Assembly (NCBI GenBank): GCA_964399295.1
Contig: CAYNQD010000002.1
Span: 104,358 to 168,357 of the forward strand
Reading direction: 5' to 3'
Length of the DNA stretch: 64,000 nt
DNA from: an uncultured Candidatus Saccharibacteria bacterium
GTDB lineage: Bacteria > Patescibacteriota > Minisyncoccia > Phycocordibacterales > UBA918
Position numbers and translations under genes: made by a program. The notes beneath the pieces are model-generated. The model did no database searches. It worked only from the letters and a program-made list of their open reading frames with translations, and was not told the origin of the DNA. This document shows positions 27,272-37,063 of the stretch, in pieces. How positions within the stretch are numbered: the stretch's first letter is position 1; each line of letters starts with the position of its first letter.

Positions 27272-28264
27272 AAAATGATTACGCAAAAAGAGTTTGGACC
27301 TTGGCAGTTGAATATCTCAGACGAGATAGAAATTGTATCCGGACACATTAAGGAAGATATAGAGAGGTTTATAAACCACGAATATCTTTCTGTAGCAATG
27401 AGTGACTATAAAAAAGATTATCCTTGTCATAATTTTGCTATGACCAAATGGGGTGTGCCGGCTCCAGTCATCAGGCTGGATATGGCTCCGTGTTCTGATG
27501 GTGAAGAGGTGTCTATCTATGAAGTCGAAGCCAACATAGCGGGGCCGGGGATTATGAAGAAATTTTTCCCGGAAAGTAATTTTTCCCGCGAAGTGGGTAA
27601 GGCTTTGTTGAATTTGGGTATATCAAAAGTAGGATATACAACCACGCCTTGTCGAAAAGAACAGTGGATGGACTTATCTATCCTGATGTCCTCTTTGAGA
27701 GAAGAGGGGATAGAGACTAAAAATGTGAATATCTACAATGGGGAGTCTGATGATTTTCCTCTTTGGCTCCGTTCGGGGCAAGAGGATATTGAGTTGATAT
27801 CTCCTCTTATGAACAGGTGTTTACTTTTGCATCATCATGGTGGTGGGCATAAGAATTATCTTCGGTCTCTATCGGGAGCCTTCCTGCTTTCAGAATTTTC
27901 ATCAGTTGATGAAGTTTTTGATCGCTTTCCGGATGGCTTTGTTCTAAAACCTTTTGGTGGCTGGGGAACCCGTGATGTTTATATTTGGGCAACTCGGCGG
28001 CCTTGGCGGGAAAAGTCCAGAACCAAAACCAGTCTTAACAAAAAAATTGGTTGCATATTTGAATCAAATTTAGGGATGGATTGGTTGGTGCAACCATTTA
28101 ATCCACCTCGTTTTGTTAACGGTATGTTTCGGATCTGGCGTTTATTTGCCGTCTGGGATGGGTCTGAATTTAAAATCATAGACTCTTTCTGGTCGGAAAG
28201 AAACTCTCTCCTAAACCACGGAGCTTCCGATACGGTTATTGGAAGCTTGAGGGTTGAGGTTTAG
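27272..28264 (+). CDS. ATP-grasp-like enzyme, function unknown
   Basis: ATP-grasp hallmarks (FVLKPFGGWGTRDVYIW, WLVQPFNPPRFVNGMFRIWRLFAVWDG, ...N...GAS). The ORF is open from TTG 27182. ATG 27272 has GGAG 8 nt upstream. Confidence 0.5.
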   Translation, partial: KMITQKEFGPWQLNISDEIEIVSGHIKEDIERFINHEYLSVAMSDYKKDYPCHNFAMTKWGVPAPVIRLDMAPCSDGEEVSIYEVEANIAGPGIMKKFFPESNFSREVGKALLNLGISKVGYTTTPCRKEQWMDLSILMSSLREEGIETKNVNIYNGESDDFPLWLRSGQEDIELISPLMNRCLLLHHHGGGHKNYLRSLSGAFLLSEFSSVDEVFDRFPDGFVLKPFGGWGTRDVYIWATRRPWREKSRTKTSLNKKIGCIFESNLGMDWLVQPFNPPRFVNGMFRIWRLFAVWDGSEFKIIDSFWSERNSLLNHGASDTVIGSLRVEV

Positions 28265-28350
28265 AGCCTAAGTCGAAGTTTTTTATCTAATACCTCCCTA
28301 ATTTTTTTGGGAGGTATTTTTTTAATTTTGTATTATACTGTTTTGTACGT

Positions 28351-29265
28351 ATGAAATATTCACTGATGATACATGGTGGCGCCGGACTTATTAAAGATGA
28401 CACCGGTGTTTTAGAAGGTATAAAAAGAATTATGGTTGTGGGTGAGGAGAGACTGCTCGCAGGTGAAAGTGCTCTTGACGTGGTGGAGGGGTGTGTCAGT
28501 TTGTTGGAAAATGATGAGCATTTTAATGCTGGGCGCGGTGCGGTACTTAATAGTGAAGGAAAGGTTGAACTCGACGCTCTTATTATAGATGGCACCAATT
28601 TGGAAGCGGGAGCCGTAGCCGGAGTTAAAAATATTAAAAATCCCATAACCTTGGCTAGAAAAGTCATGGAAGAGAGTGAACACGTATTTTTGATTGGCGA
28701 AGGTGCTATGGTGTTTGCCAAGCAGGTAGGAGTAGAGCTTGAGTCGGAAGATTATTTTATTATTGAGAACCGAAAACTGCAGTGGGAAGAAGCCAAGAAA
28801 GCGGGCAAGGTAGTCTTGGATCATAGTGATCTGTCTGATAAAGGTTTAGAAAAAAAATACGGAACAGTGGGAGCAGTTGCTATGGATATGAAAGGCAATC
28901 TAGCTTCAGCGACTTCCACTGGCGGGATTGTAAATAAGAAGTTTGGTCGGGTGGGTGATACGCCGGTGGTTGGCGCCGGCGGTTTTGCCGATAATGAATC
29001 TTGCGCCGTATCGGCTACCGGATACGGAGAGCAAATGCTCAGGTTTTCTCTGGCAAAAACTATTAGTGATATTATTATTTATGAAAAGGTCGAGGCTCAA
29101 GAGGCAGCTGACAAGGCTATGGCTTTGTTTGTAAAAAAAGTGAATGGTTTGGGTGGGGTGATTGTAATTGACCGATTTGGTAACTGTGGCGTGTCTTATT
29201 CAACGAAAGGTATTATTTACGGACAAGTCCAGCAAGGTCAGGAGATAATAGTTGCTTTGAAATAA
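28351..29265 (+). CDS. isoaspartyl peptidase / L-asparaginase (Ntn-hydrolase, plant-type)
   Basis: MIHGGAG. Autoprocessing site GTVGAVAMD (Thr nucleophile). GAGGFADNE. Confidence 0.85.
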   Translation: MKYSLMIHGGAGLIKDDTGVLEGIKRIMVVGEERLLAGESALDVVEGCVSLLENDEHFNAGRGAVLNSEGKVELDALIIDGTNLEAGAVAGVKNIKNPITLARKVMEESEHVFLIGEGAMVFAKQVGVELESEDYFIIENRKLQWEEAKKAGKVVLDHSDLSDKGLEKKYGTVGAVAMDMKGNLASATSTGGIVNKKFGRVGDTPVVGAGGFADNESCAVSATGYGEQMLRFSLAKTISDIIIYEKVEAQEAADKAMALFVKKVNGLGGVIVIDRFGNCGVSYSTKGIIYGQVQQGQEIIVALK

Positions 29266-29354
29266 GGTAGGGGCGGGTTTAAAATTGGTAATAAAAGTCG
29301 GAAGCTGGTCTTATCCCTGTTCAAAAAAAATACTCGTGGTAATATGAAAAAGCC

Positions 29355-29392
29355 TGTCTGATATGCAGGTTTATTATTATGTCTGATATACA
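29355..29392 (+). repeat. two direct copies of TGTCTGATAT(G/A)CA, 25 bp apart, in the ileS 5' region
   Basis: Read directly at 29355-29367 and 29380-29392. Confidence 0.4.
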
Positions 29393-29404
29393 TATTATAT
29401 TTTT

Positions 29405-32400
29405 ATGTCTAAAAAATTAATTAGAGAAAAAGAGAATAAGAAGGGGGATTATGAGGTGAAAGAGGTTGTTCTTGGGCAGGACTTGGCTGTGGTGCCATTG
29501 GTGGAAAAGAGTGAGGTTGCTAAGCGAGAGGAGAGGGTGCAGGCCTTTTGGCAGGCGGAAGATATTTTTAATAAAAGCGTGTCTAAGCCGGCCGGTGATG
29601 AGCCAAAAGGTGATTTTATATTTTATGACGGGCCGCCGTTTGCTACCGGATTGCCTCACTATGGGCATATTTTGGCCGGTACTATGAAGGATGCCATTCC
29701 TAGGTTTTGGACAATGAATGGTTTTCGGGTGCGTCGGCGCTGGGGCTGGGACTGTCATGGCTTGCCGCTTGAAAATCTGATTGAGAAAAAACTTGGTTTG
29801 GCCAACAAAAAGGATATTGAAGAATTTGGTATTAAGAATTTTAACGAAGAGGCTCGAGAAGCCGTTTTGGAGTATCGTGATGATTGGCAGAAAATTATTC
29901 CGCGTCTGGGGCGTTTTGTGGACATGGACAATGACTACAAAACCATGGACAGTCCCTACACCGAAAGTGTGTGGTGGGTGTTTAAGCAGCTGCATGAAAA
30001 AGGGTTGGTCTATGAAGGCTTCAAGAGTATGCACATGTGTCCGCGTTGTGGCACTACCTTGTCCAATTTTGAGGTCAACTTAGGATACAAAGACGTAAAG
30101 GATATCGCTGTCACGGTACGTCTGCCACTCTTGGATAATGAAGGTAACGTGACCGACACCAGTCTTTTGGTATGGACGACCACTCCTTGGACGCTGCCGG
30201 GCAATATGGCGGCGGCGGTGCATCGTAATTTGGATTATGTAAAAGTAAAAGTGGAAACTGGGGGTGGGGCTGAGCTTATGATTTTGGCCAAGGGTCGTTT
30301 GGCGCAGTTGGGCGATTTGGTTTATGAATTAGTGGAAGAAATAAAAGGTGCGGATTTAATCGGACGTTCTTATCTGCCGCCATTTAACTACTTTGTCGAC
30401 CAAGATATCAAAGGTAAAGAAAACGCTTGGAAAATTTATCACGGTGATTTTGTGGAAGTGGGCGAGGAGGGTACTGGTGCGGTGCATATCGCACCAGCCT
30501 ATGGTGAAGACGATATGAACTTGGCCAAGGAAAATAATGTTCCCATTGCTCATCATGTGGATTTTGAGGGGCGGTTTATGCCGCTGGTGACTGATTTTGC
30601 GGGGATGTTGGTAAAACCAAAAGATGATGATGTGACTGGCGTATCGCACCTTGATGCTGACATTAAGGTTCTTAAATACCTGCAAGAAAGCGGTCGGGTT
30701 TTTAAGAAAGAAAATATCACCCACAGCTATCCGCATTGTTGGCGTGATGATACGCCTTTGCTCAATTACGCGACTACTTCTTGGTTTGTTAATGTGCCAA
30801 AAATCAAGGACGATTTAGTGGCCGCCAATAATAAAGTGAAGTGGGTGCCAGGTCATGTCGGCAGCAATCGCTTTGGGAATTGGCTGGAAGGCGCGCGTGA
30901 TTGGGCGATATCTAGGCAGCGTTATTGGGGCGCGCCGCTACCGATTTGGCGAAATAAAAAAACTGGCGAGTATAAGGTTTTTGGTTCGTTGGCGCAAATG
31001 CAAGAATACGTGCCTAAGAGTGGCAATACTTATTTTTTGATTCGGCATGGGGAATCTCAGTCTAATGTCGATCATATTTTGAACGGCCGTGTCGGGGTAG
31101 AAAATCCTTTGACCAATCTGGGAAAAGATCAGGTTATAAAAGCCGCCAAGGATATGCTTGGTGATATTGATTATATTTTTTATTCACCGTTGCAAAGAAC
31201 CAAAGAAACAGCCTTCATTATGGCCGAGACTCTTGGTTTATCAGAAGAACAGATCATAGAAGATGATCGCATCAGGGAATCCGGCATGGGTACTTTTGAA
31301 GGCCGGCCCAGCGCGGACAAAGAAAAGGAATTCAATCACCCTCAAGATGAATTTACTGAGACTGTCGGAGGAATGGAAACCTTGCTTGAGGTCAAGTCTC
31401 GCTTGGCGGAATTTATAAAGGACATTGATGCAAAATATAAAGGTAAGAAAATTGCCGTCGTTTCTCATGGAGATCCGCTGTGGATGTTGGAAGCTTTCTT
31501 GCAGGGGGCAACAATCGAGGAAGCGATTAAGCTTGAAGAAAATTATCCCAAAAACGCTGAAATAAGAAAACACACCTATACCTCTTTTCCGCACAATGAC
31601 AATTATGAATTGGATTATCACCGGCCTTATATCGACGAGATTGAGCTGTATGAAAATGGGGAAAAGCTGGAGCGAGTACCGGATGTTTTTGACTGCTGGT
31701 TTGAAAGCGGCTCGATGCCTTATGGTCAGAATCATTATCCGTTTGCCAACGAAGATGATTTTGAGCAAGAACGGTTTCCGGCAAAATTTATAGCGGAAGG
31801 ACTCGACCAAACTCGGGGGTGGTTTTATTCGATGTTGGTTTTGGGGGTAGCGCTTTTTGGCAAAAGCCCTTATGAGAACGTGATGGTCAATGGGCTCGTC
31901 TTGGCTGAAGACGGTAAAAAGATGAGTAAGTCTTTGCAGAATTATCCTGACCCGATGGAGTTGGTAAATCGCTTGGGAGCCGACGCGGTGCGCTTTTATC
32001 TATTGTCTTCACCGGCGGTGCGCGGGGAAGATTTGAATTTTTCTGAGAAGGAAGTCTTGGAATTGCAGCGTAAAAATATCGGCCGTTTGCACAATGTGTT
32101 GGCGATGTATGAGATGTTTGCACAGGAGGGGGGTGGGGTAAAGACGCGCCACGATTCCAATAATGTTTTGGATAAATGGATCGTGGCGCGTCTCAACCAG
32201 CTCATTACCGAAACTACCAACGGCTACAAATCCTACGAACTCGATAAAGCCACGCGTCCACTAACGGACTTCATTGATGATTTGTCGGTGTGGTATTTAC
32301 GGCGTTCGCGCGAGCGTTTGAAGGGTGATGATGAGGAAGACAAAGAGCTGGCTCTTGGTACTTTGCGCTTCGCGCTTTGTGGATTGGCCAAAGTGATGGC

Positions 32401-32989
32401 GCCGGCCATGCCTTTTTACGCCGAATATTTATATCGCGCTTTGCGCGCGGAAGATGAGCCCGAAAGCGTTCATCTCACGAGGTGGCCGGAAGGCGGCGTA
32501 GTCGATGAAGTTTTGCTTGAGGATATGAAAAAAACCAGAGAATTTGTCTCCATGTCGCTCGAGGCTCGCGCTAAGGCTGGTATAAAAGTGCGCCAGCCAC
32601 TGAAAACCATCTCGATTAACGAGTGTCTCAATCCCGAATTTCTTGCTGTTGTCGCCGAAGAAGTAAATGTGAAAACTGTAAAAGTAAATGAGAATCAGGC
32701 TGAGGCGGTGATTTTGGATACCGATATTACCCCCGAGTTAAAAATGGAGGGCGATGCCCGTGAACTAATCAGGACAATTCAAGATTTACGCAAGGAAGCT
32801 AACCTAAAACCTCAGGATGCAATTGTTCTAACGCTAGATACTTCTAAAGCTGGAAAGGAGACCGTCATGACTTTGTCGGAGATGATAAGAAAAGTCGTCG
32901 GCGCGCAGGAAATTGTTTTTACTCAGACCGAAGGCAAGGAAATAAAAATTGGAGACAATTCCTTTATTATTTCTATCCGAAAAATCTAA
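29405..32989 (+). CDS. ileS: isoleucyl-tRNA synthetase (type 2) carrying an inserted histidine-phosphatase (PGAM-family) domain
   Basis: HIGH variant GPPFATGLPHYGHIL. KMSKS. CP1/editing region. An in-frame insertion YFLIRHGESQSN...YSPLQRTKETA...ESGMGTFEG...VVSHGDPL (about nt 31031-31550) between the PIWRNKKTGE and DYHRPYIDE...DCWFESGSMPY blocks. 1194 aa. Confidence 0.9.
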   Translation: MSKKLIREKENKKGDYEVKEVVLGQDLAVVPLVEKSEVAKREERVQAFWQAEDIFNKSVSKPAGDEPKGDFIFYDGPPFATGLPHYGHILAGTMKDAIPRFWTMNGFRVRRRWGWDCHGLPLENLIEKKLGLANKKDIEEFGIKNFNEEAREAVLEYRDDWQKIIPRLGRFVDMDNDYKTMDSPYTESVWWVFKQLHEKGLVYEGFKSMHMCPRCGTTLSNFEVNLGYKDVKDIAVTVRLPLLDNEGNVTDTSLLVWTTTPWTLPGNMAAAVHRNLDYVKVKVETGGGAELMILAKGRLAQLGDLVYELVEEIKGADLIGRSYLPPFNYFVDQDIKGKENAWKIYHGDFVEVGEEGTGAVHIAPAYGEDDMNLAKENNVPIAHHVDFEGRFMPLVTDFAGMLVKPKDDDVTGVSHLDADIKVLKYLQESGRVFKKENITHSYPHCWRDDTPLLNYATTSWFVNVPKIKDDLVAANNKVKWVPGHVGSNRFGNWLEGARDWAISRQRYWGAPLPIWRNKKTGEYKVFGSLAQMQEYVPKSGNTYFLIRHGESQSNVDHILNGRVGVENPLTNLGKDQVIKAAKDMLGDIDYIFYSPLQRTKETAFIMAETLGLSEEQIIEDDRIRESGMGTFEGRPSADKEKEFNHPQDEFTETVGGMETLLEVKSRLAEFIKDIDAKYKGKKIAVVSHGDPLWMLEAFLQGATIEEAIKLEENYPKNAEIRKHTYTSFPHNDNYELDYHRPYIDEIELYENGEKLERVPDVFDCWFESGSMPYGQNHYPFANEDDFEQERFPAKFIAEGLDQTRGWFYSMLVLGVALFGKSPYENVMVNGLVLAEDGKKMSKSLQNYPDPMELVNRLGADAVRFYLLSSPAVRGEDLNFSEKEVLELQRKNIGRLHNVLAMYEMFAQEGGGVKTRHDSNNVLDKWIVARLNQLITETTNGYKSYELDKATRPLTDFIDDLSVWYLRRSRERLKGDDEEDKELALGTLRFALCGLAKVMAPAMPFYAEYLYRALRAEDEPESVHLTRWPEGGVVDEVLLEDMKKTREFVSMSLEARAKAGIKVRQPLKTISINECLNPEFLAVVAEEVNVKTVKVNENQAEAVILDTDITPELKMEGDARELIRTIQDLRKEANLKPQDAIVLTLDTSKAGKETVMTLSEMIRKVVGAQEIVFTQTEGKEIKIGDNSFIISIRKI

Positions 32990-33571
32990 ATGTCCTACCA
33001 AACCTACATCACTGAGGCTCTGGTGTGTGGAAGTTTTTTGCACAATACCGCTGATAAGGTGTTTGTGTTGTTTACCCGCGAGGCCGGAATGCTCTACGCT
33101 ACCGCCAGAAGCGTGCGCGAAGAAAGGTCAAAACAGCGTCAGTCCATGCAGGAATTTTCTTTGGTGCGCGTGTCTCTAATCAAAGGCAAGCAGGGATGGA
33201 GAGTGGGCAGCGTGGAAGCCGGCCCTAATTATTTTGCTTTAACTCAAAGTCGTGAGGCTCGCGGTAGTGTGGTCTTGGTTTTCAAAACCCTGAGACGTTT
33301 TATTCATGGGGAAGACCCGCATGCCGATTTATTTGATTTTTGTATTTGGTCTTTGCAGAGATTAGTCGCTGAAATTGAAGATAGAAAATTCATGGAGTTG
33401 CTGATCCAGCTCAAGCTTATGATTGAGCTGGGATATGTTGATGAAAGTCTGGTGCCTAAGAATTTCAAGATAAATCTCTCGTCAGTCGATGTCATCCAAT
33501 ATAAAAACGAACTGTCGGCGGAAAAAATAGAAAAATTGCTCAAAAAAGCAGTTGAGAATAGCCATCTATAG
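32990..33571 (+). CDS. recO: RecO-like DNA repair protein (short form)
   Basis: ATG immediately after the ileS stop. The N-terminal OB-fold-like region resembles RecO. Only 193 aa. Confidence 0.4.
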   Translation: MSYQTYITEALVCGSFLHNTADKVFVLFTREAGMLYATARSVREERSKQRQSMQEFSLVRVSLIKGKQGWRVGSVEAGPNYFALTQSREARGSVVLVFKTLRRFIHGEDPHADLFDFCIWSLQRLVAEIEDRKFMELLIQLKLMIELGYVDESLVPKNFKINLSSVDVIQYKNELSAEKIEKLLKKAVENSHL

Positions 33572-33606
33572 TATCTCGCGTATAATGCTATAATTATCAG
33601 CGAGTT

Positions 33607-35580
33607 ATGTCAGGAATAAAAGATCAAGAAAATATTGATGAGCTTAGGAAGCGTCTTTATGACCGTGGCTGGGAAGAGAGTGGGATGAAAAGACACGAAC
33701 TAACCAAGGCGGCCTTTGACGTGGCTAGAGGCTGGGGCGATAATACCAACAAACCCAAGCCGGAACCAATTTCCGAGTTCACGCAATCTTTGGAGGTGGT
33801 TTCTGATATTCCAGCTAAAAATGATTTTCCTATAGTTGATCCGGCTCCACTAGTGATAAAACCCAAAGGAAAAAGCCGATCCTACCGCAAAATAATTTTG
33901 CTGTTTAGCCTGGGTATATTTATTTTATCTTGTCTGTTTTCTATATTTCATCTCTTTTTCGGTGGCAACCAAATTTCCGCCAGCAACATAGACATCTCCA
34001 TAAACGCTCCTTTCGCGGTGGCGGGTGGTGACGTTGTTCCCATTCAGGTTGGTATTACCAATCAAAATTCAGTACCGATTGAGTCGGCTACTTTGATTGT
34101 AAATTACCCGACGGGAACAAAATCAGTTGAAGAAGGGGGGCGTGATTTGTATGAAGAAAGATTGTCGCTTAACGATATTGAAGCCGGTGGGGTGATAAAT
34201 TTGCCGATACAGGTAATTTTATTTGGTGAAGAAAATGAAGACAAGGAGATAAAGGCTACAATTGAATATCGGGTCAGTAATTCCAACGGCACTTTCTTCA
34301 AAGAAGCCGCTCCGGTAACGGTAAAAATAAATTCATCACCGCTGGTGATAAGGACTGAGTCGGTCGATAAAATCTCTTCCGGGCAAGACTTAGAAATAAC
34401 TTTAACCCTGATATCAAACGCGCAAAACCCGATGCGCAATGTCTTGGTGCAGGCAAATTATCCGAACAGTTTTTCTTTTATTAGTTCTGATCCACAGACA
34501 TCGGGCGGACAAAATACCTGGATATTTGATGAGATTTTACCCAACAAAGCCTACACCATAAAGCTAAAAGGCCTAGTGACAGGCTTGACCAACGAAACCT
34601 ATGAAATGCAGTTTAAAGCCGGCAATCCAAGGGCGGACAACCAATCAGAAATGGGTTCAACTTTAACTCAGACCAAAATAAATTACATAATAGAAAGGCC
34701 GTTTATAGACGTGGTGGTTGGTATAAATGGTGATCGAGACGGTTCTGCGATTTTAAATTCCGGAGTCGAAGCCAATGTGGTGGTCTTGGTGAAGAATACC
34801 TTAGATGAAGCTGTGTATGACATGCGGGTGGAATTAGTTCCAAATGGCAATCTCATCAATGATAATCGGTTATCCATAAAAAGTGGTTTTTATGATTCCG
34901 CAACAAAAAGAATCAACTGGGAAATTGCCGGCATGCCTTCACTGCAACAGGTTAGACCAGGTGAGAGTAGGGAGTTCGCTTTTTCTATTTCACCGGATGT
35001 TGGCCAGAGTACCGGCTCCTTTGATGTTTCAGCTAAGGTTTTCGCGCGCCGCGTGAATGAAGCTAGTGCCAGTGAAAGTTTGATTGGAACAGCCATTGCT
35101 GAGGCTAAGTATTCTTCGGTAATAAATCTGTCCGGTGAGGTTGGTCGCGACAACTCAGCTAGCGGCCCGATTCCGCCGATTGCCGGACAAACTACCAATT
35201 ATACAATTATCTTGGTTGCCAATGCTGGCGTGAATGATATTTCCGGCGGCGTGGTGACGACTTCACTACCACAGCATGTTAATTGGCTAAATATGACCAA
35301 CGGTGATGGCGTTATTGAGTATAATCCGGTTTCAAAACAAATAAGATGGGATGTGGGCAGTATTTCTGCTCGTGAAAGCAAGCAAATAAAGATGCAAGTT
35401 GGCCTCTTGCCAAGTGTCACGCATATTGGTAGAACATTAGTGTTGCTTGAATCACAGGATTTCACGGCAACAGACCGATTTACGGGGGTATCTTTAAGAG
35501 CAGGTAATACTAGGTTTGATAATAAATTATCCGGAGAATTAGGTTTTTCTGAAGATAACGGAATAGTTCGAGCTGAGTAA
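33607..35580 (+). CDS. single-pass membrane protein with a large extracytoplasmic, repeat-rich beta domain; function unknown
   Basis: Cytoplasmic N-terminus, one TM (IILLFSLGIFILSCLF), then about 540 aa that are Ser/Thr/Asn/Gly/Val-rich with Ig-like periodicity. Confidence 0.5.
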   Translation: MSGIKDQENIDELRKRLYDRGWEESGMKRHELTKAAFDVARGWGDNTNKPKPEPISEFTQSLEVVSDIPAKNDFPIVDPAPLVIKPKGKSRSYRKIILLFSLGIFILSCLFSIFHLFFGGNQISASNIDISINAPFAVAGGDVVPIQVGITNQNSVPIESATLIVNYPTGTKSVEEGGRDLYEERLSLNDIEAGGVINLPIQVILFGEENEDKEIKATIEYRVSNSNGTFFKEAAPVTVKINSSPLVIRTESVDKISSGQDLEITLTLISNAQNPMRNVLVQANYPNSFSFISSDPQTSGGQNTWIFDEILPNKAYTIKLKGLVTGLTNETYEMQFKAGNPRADNQSEMGSTLTQTKINYIIERPFIDVVVGINGDRDGSAILNSGVEANVVVLVKNTLDEAVYDMRVELVPNGNLINDNRLSIKSGFYDSATKRINWEIAGMPSLQQVRPGESREFAFSISPDVGQSTGSFDVSAKVFARRVNEASASESLIGTAIAEAKYSSVINLSGEVGRDNSASGPIPPIAGQTTNYTIILVANAGVNDISGGVVTTSLPQHVNWLNMTNGDGVIEYNPVSKQIRWDVGSISARESKQIKMQVGLLPSVTHIGRTLVLLESQDFTATDRFTGVSLRAGNTRFDNKLSGELGFSEDNGIVRAE

Positions 35581-35598
35581 GGTTAATTTCTAAATAAT

Positions 35599-36984
35599 AT
35601 GAAAAACGATAAAATGGACAAAATTGTCTCGCTTTGTAAGCGTCGAGGGTTTGTGTTCCCGGGGAGTGAGATTTATGGTGGATTTGTCGGGTCTTTTGAT
35701 TTTGGTCCTTATGGCGTGGAGCTGGCCAACAATATCAAAAATGCTTGGTGGCAGGCGATGGTACAGCGGGAAAAAAATATCGTGGGACTGGATTCAGCTA
35801 TTGTCACTCACCCAAAGGTTTGGGAGGCCTCAGGACATGTCGGCGGTTTTTCTGATCCATTAGTGGAATGTCGAGAGTGCAATACGCGCTCACGAGCTGA
35901 CCACTTGCTGGAAGAAGTAGGCGCTTTTGCTGATGAAAAAATGACCGTGGAAGAAATTAACCAAATTTTTGATGACAAGCGTGATGAACTAAAATGTCCG
36001 CAGTGTGGCGCGCAAAACTTCGGTGCTGTACGCAAATTCAATCTCCTAGCACAAACCAATCTCGGCAATTTTTCCGAAGATTGGACTAAAGAACCAACCT
36101 ATTTGCGAGGCGAGACTTGCCAAGGCATTTATCTTAATTTTAAAAATGTCTTAGCCAGCACCAGAGTAAAGGTTCCGTTTGGTATCGCGCAGATTGGTAA
36201 GGCTTTTCGTAACGAAATTGCACCGCGCCAATACATTTTCCGCAAACGGGAGTTTGAGCAAATGGAGATGCAGATGTTTGTCAGTCCGGAGGAGGAAATG
36301 TCCGCTTACGAAACTTGGAAGCAAAAGCGCTGGCAGTATTATTTGGACTTAGGTTTTAAAGCGGAAAATATCCGTTGGCACGAGCATGAAAACTTAGTGT
36401 TTTATGCTAAAGCCGCTTTTGACATTGAGTATAATTTTCCGTTTGGCTTTAAGGAACTGGAAGGAGTGCATGCGCGTGGCAATTATGATTTATCACAGCA
36501 CCAAAAATTCTCCGGCGTGGATATGGAATACACCGACCCGTACACCAACGAAAAATACATCCCGCACGTGGTCGAGACTTCAGTTGGTTTGGACCGTACT
36601 TTCTTGGCGGTGATGACTGAGTTTTATGATGAGGATGAATTGGGCGGGGAAACTCGGACGGTAATGCGCTTTCCCAAGAAGTTGGCACCAATCAAGGCGG
36701 CAGTTTTTCCGCTTCTAAAAAACAAGCCGGTATTGGTGGAAAAAGCCGAAGCTGTTTTTGCGCTGGTCTGCCAACACTTGCGAGCCGAATTTGACGACAA
36801 CGGCAACATTGGCAAACGCTATCGTCGGCAGGATGAGATTGGTACGCCTTATTGCGTGGTGATAGATTTTGAAACTCTAGGTGAAGAAAAACCGGAATTA
36901 AAAGATACAGTCACGGTGCGCGACCGCGACACCGGCGAGCAGGTACGAGTGCCGATTGCGGAGTTGGTAGAGTATTTGCGGTAG
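35599..36984 (+). CDS. glyQS: glycyl-tRNA synthetase (dimeric class II type)
   Basis: KIVSLCKRRGFVFPGSEIYGG... Class II motifs. C-terminal anticodon-binding domain. 461 aa. Confidence 0.9.
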   Translation: MKNDKMDKIVSLCKRRGFVFPGSEIYGGFVGSFDFGPYGVELANNIKNAWWQAMVQREKNIVGLDSAIVTHPKVWEASGHVGGFSDPLVECRECNTRSRADHLLEEVGAFADEKMTVEEINQIFDDKRDELKCPQCGAQNFGAVRKFNLLAQTNLGNFSEDWTKEPTYLRGETCQGIYLNFKNVLASTRVKVPFGIAQIGKAFRNEIAPRQYIFRKREFEQMEMQMFVSPEEEMSAYETWKQKRWQYYLDLGFKAENIRWHEHENLVFYAKAAFDIEYNFPFGFKELEGVHARGNYDLSQHQKFSGVDMEYTDPYTNEKYIPHVVETSVGLDRTFLAVMTEFYDEDELGGETRTVMRFPKKLAPIKAAVFPLLKNKPVLVEKAEAVFALVCQHLRAEFDDNGNIGKRYRRQDEIGTPYCVVIDFETLGEEKPELKDTVTVRDRDTGEQVRVPIAELVEYLR

Positions 36985-36994
36985 GGATGGGTAG

Positions 36995-37038
36995 GGTTGA
37001 GAAAGCCCGGTGCCGTAGGCACCGGGCTTTCTCAACCT
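36995..37038 (+). terminator. 20-bp perfect hairpin after glyQS (GGTTGAGAAAGCCCGGTGCC-GTAG-GGCACCGGGCTTTCTCAACC) with a weak U-tract
   Basis: Read directly. Confidence 0.5.
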
Positions 37039-37063
37039 CAGGATTTTGTGCTAAAGTACCATT

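Noticed and set aside
29405-32989. Possibility that the ileS-phosphatase architecture is a chimeric misassembly
   Set aside because: This cannot be excluded without reads. It was retained as a finding because the insert is in-frame, has no flanking repeats or stops, shares codon usage with the rest of the gene, and is flanked on both sides by IleRS conserved blocks.
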